DNA of 32,000 nt from assembly GCF_000223395.1 (NCBI RefSeq), contig NC_015931.1, positions 1,590,001 through 1,622,000 of the forward strand. Reading direction: 5' to 3'. The first letter of the stretch is position 1, and the number at the start of each line of letters is the position of its first letter. The translations under genes and the position numbers were made by a program. The DNA comes from Pyrolobus fumarii 1A (lineage in GTDB: Archaea; Thermoproteota; Thermoprotei_A; Sulfolobales; Pyrodictiaceae). The notes beneath the pieces were generated by a model. That model did no database searches, was not told the origin of the DNA, and saw nothing but the letters and a program-made list of their open reading frames with translations. Below, one piece after another: positions 15,866-24,298 of this stretch.

Positions 15866-16344
15866 CGGTGCGCGCCAATCACGTACAGATATATGTTGTG
15901 TGATGTAAATTCGTCGTGGATGGTAGCTAGAACCGAAGGCCTCCACGAGGTTATCTGGAACTCGTGGCTTACTACGCGCGTGCCTGGGCTCAACTCCTTC
16001 TCTAGCTTAGGTGCTAGCTCGTCATTAACGCTTGTCAGGAGGAAGAGTGTCACGATGCTAGCCTCGCTAATGTCAACTTCGAACATGTCGCCATGTATGA
16101 TTTCTATGCGGTCGCTTAGCCCTTCTGCAGCTATCTTCTTCCTAGCCTCTTGAACAAGCTCCCTCCTAATCTCAACGCCCACGGCACGTTTTACGCCAAA
16201 CTCTTTAACGGCAGTTATTAGTATCCTGCCATCACCACATCCAAGATCGTAGACAATATCGTCGGGACCCGCACCGGCAAGTTCAAGCATCTTCCTAGCA
16301 ACGCCCGGAGGTGTCGGTACATATGGCACGCGTGGCTCGCTCAT
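15850..16344 (-). CDS. Class I SAM-dependent methyltransferase, crenarchaeal aKMT-like protein lysine methyltransferase
   Basis: 164 aa. VPYVPTP...DIVYDLGCGDGRILITAVKEFGVKRAVGVEI...IIHGDMFEVDISEASIVTLFLLTSVNDELAPKLEKELSPGTRVVSHEF closely matches my recollection of Sulfolobus aKMT (about 160 aa, broad-specificity chromatin-protein lysine methyltransferase). Confidence 0.75.
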   Translation of the reverse strand: MSEPRVPYVPTPPGVARKMLELAGAGPDDIVYDLGCGDGRILITAVKEFGVKRAVGVEIRRELVQEARKKIAAEGLSDRIEIIHGDMFEVDISEASIVTLFLLTSVNDELAPKLEKELSPGTRVVSHEFQITSWRPSVLATIHDEFTSHNIYLYVIGAHRWNKG

Positions 16345-16406
16345 TGCCCGCTACCATTATGGCGAGATTGAGAAACACCCGAGTATAACATGCTTGGCGC
16401 GAGCTT

Positions 16407-16721
16407 TCAACCAAGCTGAGAAAGCCTCTCGAGTGCTTGCTTCTTAGCGCTCTCTAGGTCCGGTTGGAGAGTGTTATCAAGCGGTATCTTGGAAAGGACT
16501 AGCTTGCAAGAACCGTCGTCAAGCATCACTAGGAGTTGTGGTAGCCATGCCATTCCAAACTCGTCTTGCTCGCCACACTCGTTAAGCAGCACGTAGTCCT
16601 CCATCCTAATCTCGAGTTCTAAGCCCTTCTCCTTAGCCAACTCCTCTGCAAGTTTAACCCACTGCTTGTGCAAAGGATGATGCTCTGCTGTGACCAGGAC
16701 CAGCTTCTGAGGCTTGGACAT
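16407..16721 (-). CDS. Hypothetical small protein (start probably ATG 16721)
   Basis: MSKPQKLVLVTAEHHPLHKQWVKLAEELAKEKGLELEIRMEDYVLLNECGEQDEFGMAWLPQLLVMLDDGSCKLVL suggests a thioredoxin-like alpha/beta pattern without CxxC. The longer track ORF (to 16787) has an implausible N-terminus. Confidence 0.55.
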   Translation of the reverse strand: MSKPQKLVLVTAEHHPLHKQWVKLAEELAKEKGLELEIRMEDYVLLNECGEQDEFGMAWLPQLLVMLDDGSCKLVLSKIPLDNTLQPDLESAKKQALERLSQLG

Positions 16722-16947
16722 CTCTATTCGCCACGCCCGCGACCTCCAGCTTAACCCTATATGCTCTCCGGCTCCAACGCTCCACAATACCGAGACTCTC
16801 TAGGCGACGAAGTATCTTGCCAGCAGTCTTTGGTGAGACGCCCAGCATCCTTGCAACCTCGTAGACGGTCACAAACTTCTTGCCTCGCAGAGCGTGTGAA
16901 GCCCAATCCTCGAGACTAATACTGAGGCTTATCCTCAAATCCCACAC
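16654..16947 (-). CDS. Small winged-helix (wHTH) DNA-binding protein
   Basis: 97 aa. FVTVYEVARMLGVSPKTAGKILRRLESLGIVER is a typical archaeal wHTH. Its 3' end overlaps the downstream ORF by ~68 nt in another frame. Confidence 0.6.
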   Translation of the reverse strand: MWDLRISLSISLEDWASHALRGKKFVTVYEVARMLGVSPKTAGKILRRLESLGIVERWSRRAYRVKLEVAGVANRDVQASEAGPGHSRASSFAQAVG

Positions 16948-16993
16948 CCACTAGGGTACAGCATTCTAGAGCCGCACGCACTCCGGCACCCCG

Positions 16994-17572
16994 GTGAAAG
17001 TAATGCCGTGCCTCTCTAGAGAGACGGGCGAGACACGGGTACACGTTTGCGTCGAAACGGGTAAAGGCGAACTAAGAGGTGCTACCGGTATCCCCTTCTT
17101 CGACCACATGCTTGAGACGTTTTCGCGCTACTCGGGTCTAAGCATAGAAGTTAGTGTCCAGGAGTTGAAACGAGTAGACGATCACCATGTTGTGGAGGAT
17201 GTCGCTATAGTGCTTGGCAGGGCGCTAGACAAGATGCTAGGGGATAGGAAAGGCATACGACGTTTTGGGTACGCGCTCATACCTATGGACGATGCATTAG
17301 CATATGCAGCTGTAGACCTAGCGAGGAGACCATACTTTGTCTCGAGAGGGTTGCAATGGAGCAGGGATAGTATAGGCGGTCTGGCACTAGAGAATGTTGA
17401 ACACTTTCTGCGTAGTCTAGCCTTTGAGGCGCGGTTCACGCTACACGTCGGTATAGTTTACGGTAGCAATGATCATCATAAAGTCGAGGCGTTGTTCAAA
17501 GCAGTGGGTATCGCGCTACGCGAAGCGATGAAACCCGGGGAAAGCATATCAACTAAGGACACGTTGCTATAG
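16994..17572 (+). CDS. hisB: Imidazoleglycerol-phosphate dehydratase
   Basis: 192 aa. Contains RETGETRV, GIPFFDHMLETFSRYSGL, DDHHVVEDVAIVLGRAL, RRFGYALIPMDDALAYAAVDLARRPY and NDHHKVEALFKAVGIAL, the canonical HisB metal-binding motifs. The start could be ATG 17003. Confidence 0.92.
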   Translation: MKVMPCLSRETGETRVHVCVETGKGELRGATGIPFFDHMLETFSRYSGLSIEVSVQELKRVDDHHVVEDVAIVLGRALDKMLGDRKGIRRFGYALIPMDDALAYAAVDLARRPYFVSRGLQWSRDSIGGLALENVEHFLRSLAFEARFTLHVGIVYGSNDHHKVEALFKAVGIALREAMKPGESISTKDTLL

Positions 17573-17592
17573 GGTGGTCAGCACCGCGCACC

Positions 17593-17648
17593 TCAGCACG
17601 AGAGTAGTTAGGGGAAGCGAAGCGCTAAGCTTCTAGCCTGCTCATCAC
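17593..17648 (-). ncRNA. Candidate C/D box sRNA (weak)
   Basis: Minus strand: perfect C box GTGATGA (17648-17642), 12 nt, D'-like CTTA, then a perfect D box CTGA (17596-17593), 56 nt in total and intergenic. There is no recognisable C' box and no terminal stem. Confidence 0.3.
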
Positions 17649-17651
17649 TCC

Positions 17652-17667
17652 ATATAAATAATAATAA
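17652..17667 (+). promoter_or_regulatory. A/T-rich TATA region (ATATAAATAATAATAA) upstream of 17723 gene; GGAGG Shine-Dalgarno at 17711-17715
   Basis: This is the only A/T-rich block in the 150-nt spacer. GGAGG lies 7 nt upstream of the GTG at 17723. Confidence 0.4.
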
Positions 17668-17722
17668 CAGCCACTCACTAAGCATTATACGGCTTTGTAC
17701 TGACACTTGTGGAGGCGGAGAA

Positions 17723-18880
17723 GTGGGTATGCCCTTTATCTCACGAGGCATTACAGTGGGTTTCGTGCGGGCTGATGAGAAATCGCTGGCGGAGGTTCTA
17801 GAAGAGCTGAGTAATAAAAAATTCAGTGGTAGGCTTGAATTTGCTGTGACGTGCGATGGCACCAAACTTTCGGGGGCCATCGAGCTTCTAGATGGTAAGA
17901 TTGTTGCAGCTGAGCTAGAGCTTCCATCTCTCGTGCGAGGATCTGAAGCACTGCGTAGGGTGCTTGAGAAGTGGGTGCGGAATTGTAGGGGTTACGCTGA
18001 GATAGTAGAGCTGGATCGTGGTAAGATAGACGTAGACTTGGCCGAAAATCCGGCGGCAAGAGTAGACATAGAGGAGTCGACAAAAATGGTAAAAGAAGCG
18101 CTTCAGGTGATAAGGGAAGTCGTAAAGGGCAAAGAGGAAGGGACGGAGGAAGAGATGGCGCCAACCGCGCCATTGGTCGAAGTGTCTGAGGCCCACGTTA
18201 CTGAGGAGGGAGAATACAAGCCCAGCATCGAAGGGGAAGTAAGAGTAGAGGAGCGTATTGAGAAACAAGAGAGGTTGCCCACACCGCTTGAAGAAGAGAA
18301 AAGCGTCGTTGAAGAAGTTGAGGCAGTGCCGTCTACCGAGAGGCTGATAGAAAGGCTTGATAGCTCGCTTTTCGACGCCACAATTGTGTTACGTGGTACG
18401 CTGAGCGATAGCGGCGCTATACAATCACACGAAGTCGATAGACTCGTGCAGAGGCTGATAGAGGTTAGTAGAAACAACCCGGACAAAACCATAGTCGCCT
18501 TCGTCAATGATAGGCTTAACGAGATACGCGGTAAGCTAGTAGCGTACGATGGGATCCTTGTGGCTGCGCTTGTGAAGAGGGAGAACAAGCGCCTACTTGA
18601 TGCAGATGCTATAAGGGAGTTGGCTAGCTTTGAAAGACCATTGTTGTATAGCATATACCTGATCGACCCAAGTGTTGATGAGACGCTTCACAAGCTTGCC
18701 CAGGAGTCTGCTAGGAGAGCACGGGAGGCTACCAAGCTGGAAAAAGAAGAGGTAGTGGTGGAAGCACCTACGAGCGAGGCGCGAGAAAGTGAGGAGAGGA
18801 AGCGGCATGAACACGGTAAGAGTGAGCAGAAAGAATCAAGGCGTAGAAGATTCCTGCTATTCTTCCGTCGTGGCAGGTAG
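17723..18880 (+). CDS. Hypothetical protein: two globular domains joined by a long acidic linker, basic C-terminus
   Basis: 385 aa. The N-terminal ~100 aa (FSGRLEFAVTCDGTKLSGAIELLDGKIVAAELELPSLVRGSEALRRVLEKW) resemble the DUF4388-like pattern, by eye only. The central E-rich linker spans about residues 130-205, and the tail is RRRRFLLFFRRGR. Confidence 0.65.
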   Translation: MGMPFISRGITVGFVRADEKSLAEVLEELSNKKFSGRLEFAVTCDGTKLSGAIELLDGKIVAAELELPSLVRGSEALRRVLEKWVRNCRGYAEIVELDRGKIDVDLAENPAARVDIEESTKMVKEALQVIREVVKGKEEGTEEEMAPTAPLVEVSEAHVTEEGEYKPSIEGEVRVEERIEKQERLPTPLEEEKSVVEEVEAVPSTERLIERLDSSLFDATIVLRGTLSDSGAIQSHEVDRLVQRLIEVSRNNPDKTIVAFVNDRLNEIRGKLVAYDGILVAALVKRENKRLLDADAIRELASFERPLLYSIYLIDPSVDETLHKLAQESARRAREATKLEKEEVVVEAPTSEARESEERKRHEHGKSEQKESRRRRFLLFFRRGR

Positions 18881-18930
18881 TAGGGATTTTGATAAGGCTC
18901 GTGTGGTATTGAAGCGAGTACGGGTGTAGC

Positions 18931-20514
18931 TTGGAGAGGGTAACAACCGTGTACTATTACACGCCTCAGCAGGAAGTGTATGTGCCCGACACTAGCGTGT
19001 TGATAGAAGGGATAGTCTCGAAGCTTATACGTGAAGGGCGCATACGCGGCAAGATAGTCATACATCGCGCAGTTATAGCCGAGCTAGAGCACCAGGCCAA
19101 CCTTGGCAAGACGATAGGCTTTGCGGGTCTACGCGAGATTCGAGAGATTAGAAGACTTGCAGAAGAGGGCCTCATAGACTTCGAAATAGGCGGTAACAGG
19201 CCAAGCCCATCTGAAATAGCGCATGCAAAGAAAGGCGCTATAGACGCGCTAATTAGAGACTATGCACTGGAGATAGGTGCTACGCTGATCACCGGTGATA
19301 GGATACAAGCGCTTGTCGCTGAAGCGATGGGCATCCCAGTCATTTACATTCCGCCTCGTGAGGGCGAGAGGTTAACCATAGAGAGACTCTTTGACGAGCA
19401 GACTATGAGCGTGCATCTCAAGGAAGGTGTTGTACCACGTGCGAAGAAAGGCAAGCCCGGAAGCTGGAAGCTAGTCGACCTTGATGATAGGCCGATGACG
19501 CGTGACGAGCTTGAAGAGATAGCGCGAGAAATCGTAGAGGCCGCGAAAAGACGGAAGGATGGATTCGTTGAGATAGACAGAGCTGGTTCGACAATAGTCC
19601 AGCTGGGCGACTATAGAGTCGTGATAACGAGGCCCCCGCTAAGCGAGGCCTGGGAAATAACCATTGTGAGGCCCGTTGCTCGCCTATCACTCGAGGATTA
19701 CAACCTACCGCCAAAGCTCCTGCGTAGGCTGGAGGAGCGTGCAGAGGGCATACTAATAGCGGGCGCGCCGGGTGCCGGCAAGACGACATTCGCTCAGGCA
19801 CTAGCCGAGTACTATGCTAGGAAGGGCAAGATAGTCAAGACTATAGAATCGCCACGTGATATGAGGCTGCCGCCAGAGATAACGCAATACTCGAAGAACT
19901 ATGCCAGCATAGGAGAGCTGCACGATATACTGTTGCTAAGCAGGCCCGATTACACGGTGTTCGACGAGCTTAGAACCGATGAGGACTTCAAGCTATACAT
20001 AGACCTTAGACTCGCTGGTATAGGCATGATAGGTGTTGTGCATGCCACAACACCAATAGATGCGATTCAGAGGTTCCTGCAACGCGTAGATATAGGCCTA
20101 CTACCGAGCATAATAGACACTGTCATATTCATTGACAAGGGTCAGATCGAAGCAGTATACGAGCTTAGGATGACGGTCAAACTACCAACAGGACTACGTG
20201 AGGCGGAACTAGCCAGGCCGGTCGTGGAGGTCGTAGACTTCCTCACAGGTGAGCTAGTATACGAGATATACACGTTTGGCGAGCAGCGTGTCGTTGTGCC
20301 AGTCAAGAAGGTGAAGATGGGTGCGCTTGAGGAGAGGGTGAAAAAGCTTGTAGAGCGACTAATACCAGGCGCCGACGTTGAGATAAGCGACGAGGGTGTA
20401 GTGATAGTCAATATACCGAGGATAGCGGCAAAGACGGTGATGAAGAAGATAAGGAAACTAAAGAAGCTCGAAGAAAAGTATGGTGTGCATATCCGTGTAA
20501 ACCTTGTAGGCTAG
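18931..20514 (+). CDS. PIN-domain + P-loop ATPase + KH-domain protein (PINA-like, COG1855-type 'PilT-family ATPase')
   Basis: 527 aa. It has an N-terminal PIN-like VYVPDTSVLIEG, Walker A GAPGAGKTT, Walker B YTVFDELR and a C-terminal KH-like segment. This is the architecture of the Sulfolobus PINA ATPase reported to interact with Hjc. The start is TTG 18931 or GTG 18949. Confidence 0.85.
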   Translation: MERVTTVYYYTPQQEVYVPDTSVLIEGIVSKLIREGRIRGKIVIHRAVIAELEHQANLGKTIGFAGLREIREIRRLAEEGLIDFEIGGNRPSPSEIAHAKKGAIDALIRDYALEIGATLITGDRIQALVAEAMGIPVIYIPPREGERLTIERLFDEQTMSVHLKEGVVPRAKKGKPGSWKLVDLDDRPMTRDELEEIAREIVEAAKRRKDGFVEIDRAGSTIVQLGDYRVVITRPPLSEAWEITIVRPVARLSLEDYNLPPKLLRRLEERAEGILIAGAPGAGKTTFAQALAEYYARKGKIVKTIESPRDMRLPPEITQYSKNYASIGELHDILLLSRPDYTVFDELRTDEDFKLYIDLRLAGIGMIGVVHATTPIDAIQRFLQRVDIGLLPSIIDTVIFIDKGQIEAVYELRMTVKLPTGLREAELARPVVEVVDFLTGELVYEIYTFGEQRVVVPVKKVKMGALEERVKKLVERLIPGADVEISDEGVVIVNIPRIAAKTVMKKIRKLKKLEEKYGVHIRVNLVG

Positions 20515-20520
20515 TCACGG

Positions 20521-20979
20521 GTGTACTTCTTGCCCGAACCTCGTTCAAAGAAAGGCTTTCAAAAAGAACGCGACCTTGTCCTACGTTTCTGGAAGGCTGG
20601 TTTTGCTGCAGTAAGGGGACCTGCTAGTGGTGCACGAGCAAAAAGAATAGTTTATCCGGATGTTCTCGCCATTTACAATGGCTCTGTGTTTGTGTTCGAA
20701 GTTAAATACAGAGCTAAGCCCGAGACCATATACATAGAGAAGTCTAAGCTAGAGAGGCTGGAAGAGTTTGCAAGACGGGCGGGTGGGAAACTCCTCATAG
20801 CAGTAAAGTATGGTGGCGAGGAATGGAGGTTTGTTGATCCCGGGCTATGCCCCGAGACAAATGGGGGCAAGATTCGTGTAGACCCGAGGATAGTCGCGGA
20901 GAAGGGCATACCATTCTCTCAGTTTGTTAACGAGGTTAAGGGTCAAACTAGAATAACACGTTTTATGCGGAAAACGTAA
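20521..20979 (+). CDS. hjc: Holliday junction resolvase Hjc
   Basis: 152 aa. KGFQKERDLVLRFWKAGFAAVRGPASG...PDVLAIYNGSVFVFEVKYR is the E-x-D...E-x-K nuclease motif set of archaeal Hjc. It starts 6 nt after the PINA stop. Confidence 0.9.
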   Translation: MYFLPEPRSKKGFQKERDLVLRFWKAGFAAVRGPASGARAKRIVYPDVLAIYNGSVFVFEVKYRAKPETIYIEKSKLERLEEFARRAGGKLLIAVKYGGEEWRFVDPGLCPETNGGKIRVDPRIVAEKGIPFSQFVNEVKGQTRITRFMRKT

Positions 20980-21824
20980 TGCCTTGTGTATACTCGTCTA
21001 TAGTAGGGGTAGTTTTGGAATTCATAGTTCCTCTAGTCATTGTCGCAATGCTTGCTGGCCTGTTCTTGGCGATGAGCATCCGCATAGTGAAGGAGTATGA
21101 GCGTGCTGTGGTATTTCGTCTTGGTAGACTAGTTGGTGTTAAGGGACCTGGTCTCTTCTTCATAATACCCTTCATTGACACGATTAGGGTTGTCGACCTG
21201 CGTATACATGTTGTTGATGTTCCAAGCCAGGAGATAATAACTAAGGATAACGTTACTGTGGAGGTAGACGCGGTTGTCTATTACCGTGTGTTTGACCCGA
21301 TTAAAGCAGTTACAGCTGTTTCAAACTATCACTATGCAGTAATGATGTATGCTCAGACAACACTAAGGGATATCATTGGTCAAGTTGAGCTTGACGAGTT
21401 GCTAACTAAGCGTGAAGAAATTAACAAGAGATTGCAACGTATACTTGATGAAGTCACAGACCCTTGGGGCATTAAAGTGACAGCTGTTACGCTCAAACAA
21501 GTAAAGCTCCCGGAGTCACTACTACGTGCAATGGCGTTACAAGCCGAGGCAGAGAGGCTCAGAAGGGCTAGGGTCATCGAGGCTGAGGGTGAGAGACAGG
21601 CCGCTCAGATTATGGCCGAGGCGGCTAGAATCTACGAGGATCATCCTATTGCGTTACGACTGAGAGAACTCCAAACGTTGATACAGATAGCGCGAGAGAA
21701 GAACATGATAGTGGTGGTTCCCTTTGGTGCTCTCTCAACAGCCATTGATATTGGAGTAGTTTCTGGTATAGCCAGGGCTGTCAGAGTAACAGAGAGTGGG
21801 AGACAGGAGCATGAGACGGGTTAG
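20979..21824 (+). CDS. Stomatin / SPFH (band 7) family membrane protein
   Basis: 281 aa. An N-terminal TM helix is followed by IRIVKEYERAVVFRLGRLVGVKGPGLFFIIPFIDTIRVVDLR and a coiled-coil AEAERLRRARVIEAEGERQAAQ. The ATG overlaps the hjc stop (TAATG). Confidence 0.92.
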   Translation: MPCVYSSIVGVVLEFIVPLVIVAMLAGLFLAMSIRIVKEYERAVVFRLGRLVGVKGPGLFFIIPFIDTIRVVDLRIHVVDVPSQEIITKDNVTVEVDAVVYYRVFDPIKAVTAVSNYHYAVMMYAQTTLRDIIGQVELDELLTKREEINKRLQRILDEVTDPWGIKVTAVTLKQVKLPESLLRAMALQAEAERLRRARVIEAEGERQAAQIMAEAARIYEDHPIALRLRELQTLIQIAREKNMIVVVPFGALSTAIDIGVVSGIARAVRVTESGRQEHETG

Positions 21825-23154
21825 ACTAGCGGCTCTAATCCTATTCTTTTTGTTTCCATTTGTCCTCGGCTCTCTTAACACGTGTGTTGTACACGCATAT
21901 ACGCAGAGGTGGGGACCCGGAGCCGTACTCGCGAAAGTACATGGTACTATCGACGAGGGTGTTAGGGCTTACATAGAGGAGGCTCTTGCGATCGCAAAGA
22001 ACAAGCACTGGCCACTCATACTATACCTTGATACACCTGGCGGGTATCTCGACACGGCGCTGTCGATAGTTGACATGATAGACCGTTCTGGTGTGCCGGT
22101 AATCACCTATGCAGGTGGTAGATGGGCTGTTTCGGCAGGCACACTGATACTAATCTCGAGTCCATTAGCATATGCCTCGCCGCACACAGTCATAGGCTCG
22201 ATGCAACCTGTGATGGTGACCCCGGAGGGTGTGAAACCGGTAAACTTCAGCAAGATAATCAACACGCTGCTCAAGATATTAGAGGTGCATTGCGAGGTCT
22301 ATGGAAGGAACTATACCGCGGTAAAGCTCTTCGTAGTGAGTAACCTGAATCTCGATGGTGAAGAGGCTTACCGTTATCACGTCATAGATGGTGTTGCAAA
22401 CAGTATAGATGAGCTTTTGGTAAAGATAAACGGTAGTATAGTGAAGCTCTACAACGGTGATGAAGCTCTTATTGTCGTAAACGGTCCTGTAGAGTATGTC
22501 GAGATGCCATTGAGATATAGAGTTGTTAGCTTCCTCTCAGACCCGACTATATCCAGCCTGCTACTCTCACTAGGCTCGCTCATAATCATAATCTCGCTAG
22601 CATCCGGGCATCTCATGTACGCGCCGTTAGGCCTTCTATTGCTACTCCTGGGTCTATTCGGGCTTGGATACACTGTAAACACATTGGCACTATTGCTAGT
22701 GATACTCGGAGCTATTCTACTAGCCATAGATATGATTGTCATACCTGGTTTCGGTATAACAGGTGCAACCGGTGCAATCATGCTAGTACTCGGCTTGGCT
22801 CTTCTACCCCTGAGTGGGAACCTGCTGGTTACTGCCGAATATGTGCGAATCTTGCTCTATACAGCCATATCGATAGGAGTCTTCTTTGCCGCGCTCTCCA
22901 CGATAATAGCCTACAAGGTGGCAAGCGTCGTACGTAGCAAGCCAGTGTACCAACCCGACCCTATAGGCAAGAAGGGTAGGGCTCTAGACGAGATACATCC
23001 AGACAAGGAGGGTTTCGTGATAATAGAAGGAGAGTATTGGGTTGCGCGAAGTAGAGGGGGTGTGGTGAAACCCGGAGAGGAAGTGATAGTTGTCGGGAAG
23101 GACGGTCCAACGTTGATAGTGGAGAAGGCGTCTAAGGGAGGGTCAGCCGGGTAA
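21796..23154 (+). CDS. nfeD: NfeD-family membrane-bound ClpP-class serine protease (stomatin-operon partner protein)
   Basis: 452 aa. It has a signal/TM segment, a ClpP-like domain (LYLDTPGGYLDTALSIVDMI...AVSAGTLI), several TM helices and a C-terminal OB-fold NfeD domain (EGEYWVARS...GEEVIVVGKDGPTLIV). It overlaps the stomatin 3' end (start GTG 21796 or ATG 21811). Confidence 0.88.
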   Translation: MGDRSMRRVRLAALILFFLFPFVLGSLNTCVVHAYTQRWGPGAVLAKVHGTIDEGVRAYIEEALAIAKNKHWPLILYLDTPGGYLDTALSIVDMIDRSGVPVITYAGGRWAVSAGTLILISSPLAYASPHTVIGSMQPVMVTPEGVKPVNFSKIINTLLKILEVHCEVYGRNYTAVKLFVVSNLNLDGEEAYRYHVIDGVANSIDELLVKINGSIVKLYNGDEALIVVNGPVEYVEMPLRYRVVSFLSDPTISSLLLSLGSLIIIISLASGHLMYAPLGLLLLLLGLFGLGYTVNTLALLLVILGAILLAIDMIVIPGFGITGATGAIMLVLGLALLPLSGNLLVTAEYVRILLYTAISIGVFFAALSTIIAYKVASVVRSKPVYQPDPIGKKGRALDEIHPDKEGFVIIEGEYWVARSRGGVVKPGEEVIVVGKDGPTLIVEKASKGGSAG

Positions 23155-23206
23155 GTTCTCCTCATCAACTCGGTCCGGGAGTAACTCTTCACACCCTCCG
23201 TCTTCT

Positions 23207-24232
23207 CTACACTCTAATCTCGCGCTGATAGGGCTTCCCGTGCTTAACCCAGACGACCCTGAGCGTTACTCGTTTGTCACTAGGAGCCTTCACCTTAACC
23301 TCGGTAGATTCTCCACTATCCAACGGTTCTACCTCAAGCCTCTCGATATGCTCACCGGGTACTATTGCTAGGAGCATCACGCGCTCAGGTTTAGTGGCGC
23401 CGCGGTTCACCAGCCTAACGGTGAGCTCTTCACCGGTCCTCTCGACACTTTCGATATGAATATCGGGTAGTGTGCGTCTCGCAACACTTACTATAAGTGT
23501 CGATATTCTAACAGGCCTCGAGCCTTTGACGTGCTCGAAACTGATGCGGTAAGCGCCGGTAACCGGTATGGTATCGAGGTTTACCTCCTCAACCCCCACG
23601 AAGCCAGTGATGCTCCTATCCTTGCTACCGTTGACACTAATCCTCACCATACTGTCACGTTGTGTTAATGCAAGCACTGCACGTACACTAGCATGCGTAG
23701 CGTCTTCGGGTATATCTCGCATGTTGATACTCAATGTGTAGGACTCGCCTGGGTTAAGTGCTAGGGCGCCGCTCAGGAACGCAAAACTAACTACGCTGTC
23801 TGGTACGTCGTACACCGCGAATAACCCTACATGCTCTACTGTGATTGGGTTGCTACCCTCATATGCTATCGTAACCTTGTGTACATCAGAATCGCCCTTG
23901 TATATTGGCGTAACGTCGAAAACAGTCTTTGAGTAGTAGCCCTCATCGTCACCTAGTTGTGCTATGCTCTTTGGCCTATACTCTCTCGAAACCGCTATGC
24001 CGTCAAACCAAAGACGCCATCTCATCCTCTCAGGGTATTCACGTGTAACCATGCCTATCTCGAGAAGCACACGTTTAACCTGTATGTTCGTTGGCGTGGG
24101 GAGGCTGAGCGACAGGGAGCCGATATTAGGGTTTGAGAGGCCACCCAGTCTCAATGGCGCAACAGTAGTAGTGTACACTATATCGCCCTGAACGTTCTCA
24201 AGCGCGTATATCTTCATGTCGCCTGCTACCAT
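23207..24232 (-). CDS. Hypothetical beta-rich protein with C-terminal CARDB/Ig-like segment; no signal peptide seen
   Basis: 341 aa with beta-strand-type alternation throughout. The C-terminal PDIHIESVERTGEELTVRLVNRGATKPERVMLLAIV...LEVEPLDSGESTEVKVKA resembles CARDB-type beta-sandwich repeats. A GGTGG SD-like element lies 7 nt upstream of the ATG at 24232. Confidence 0.65.
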   Translation of the reverse strand: MVAGDMKIYALENVQGDIVYTTTVAPLRLGGLSNPNIGSLSLSLPTPTNIQVKRVLLEIGMVTREYPERMRWRLWFDGIAVSREYRPKSIAQLGDDEGYYSKTVFDVTPIYKGDSDVHKVTIAYEGSNPITVEHVGLFAVYDVPDSVVSFAFLSGALALNPGESYTLSINMRDIPEDATHASVRAVLALTQRDSMVRISVNGSKDRSITGFVGVEEVNLDTIPVTGAYRISFEHVKGSRPVRISTLIVSVARRTLPDIHIESVERTGEELTVRLVNRGATKPERVMLLAIVPGEHIERLEVEPLDSGESTEVKVKAPSDKRVTLRVVWVKHGKPYQREIRV

Positions 24233-24298
24233 TCGAAATCCACCAGCTCCGCAATGACAATGTCAGAATCAACCTAATAACGCTATGCTCTTGGGTCC

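Noticed and set aside
23110-23170. Minus-strand TTGATGA followed by CTGA near the nfeD 3' end
   Set aside because: The spacing is 15 nt, there are no C'/D boxes beyond, and it lies mostly inside the nfeD coding region.
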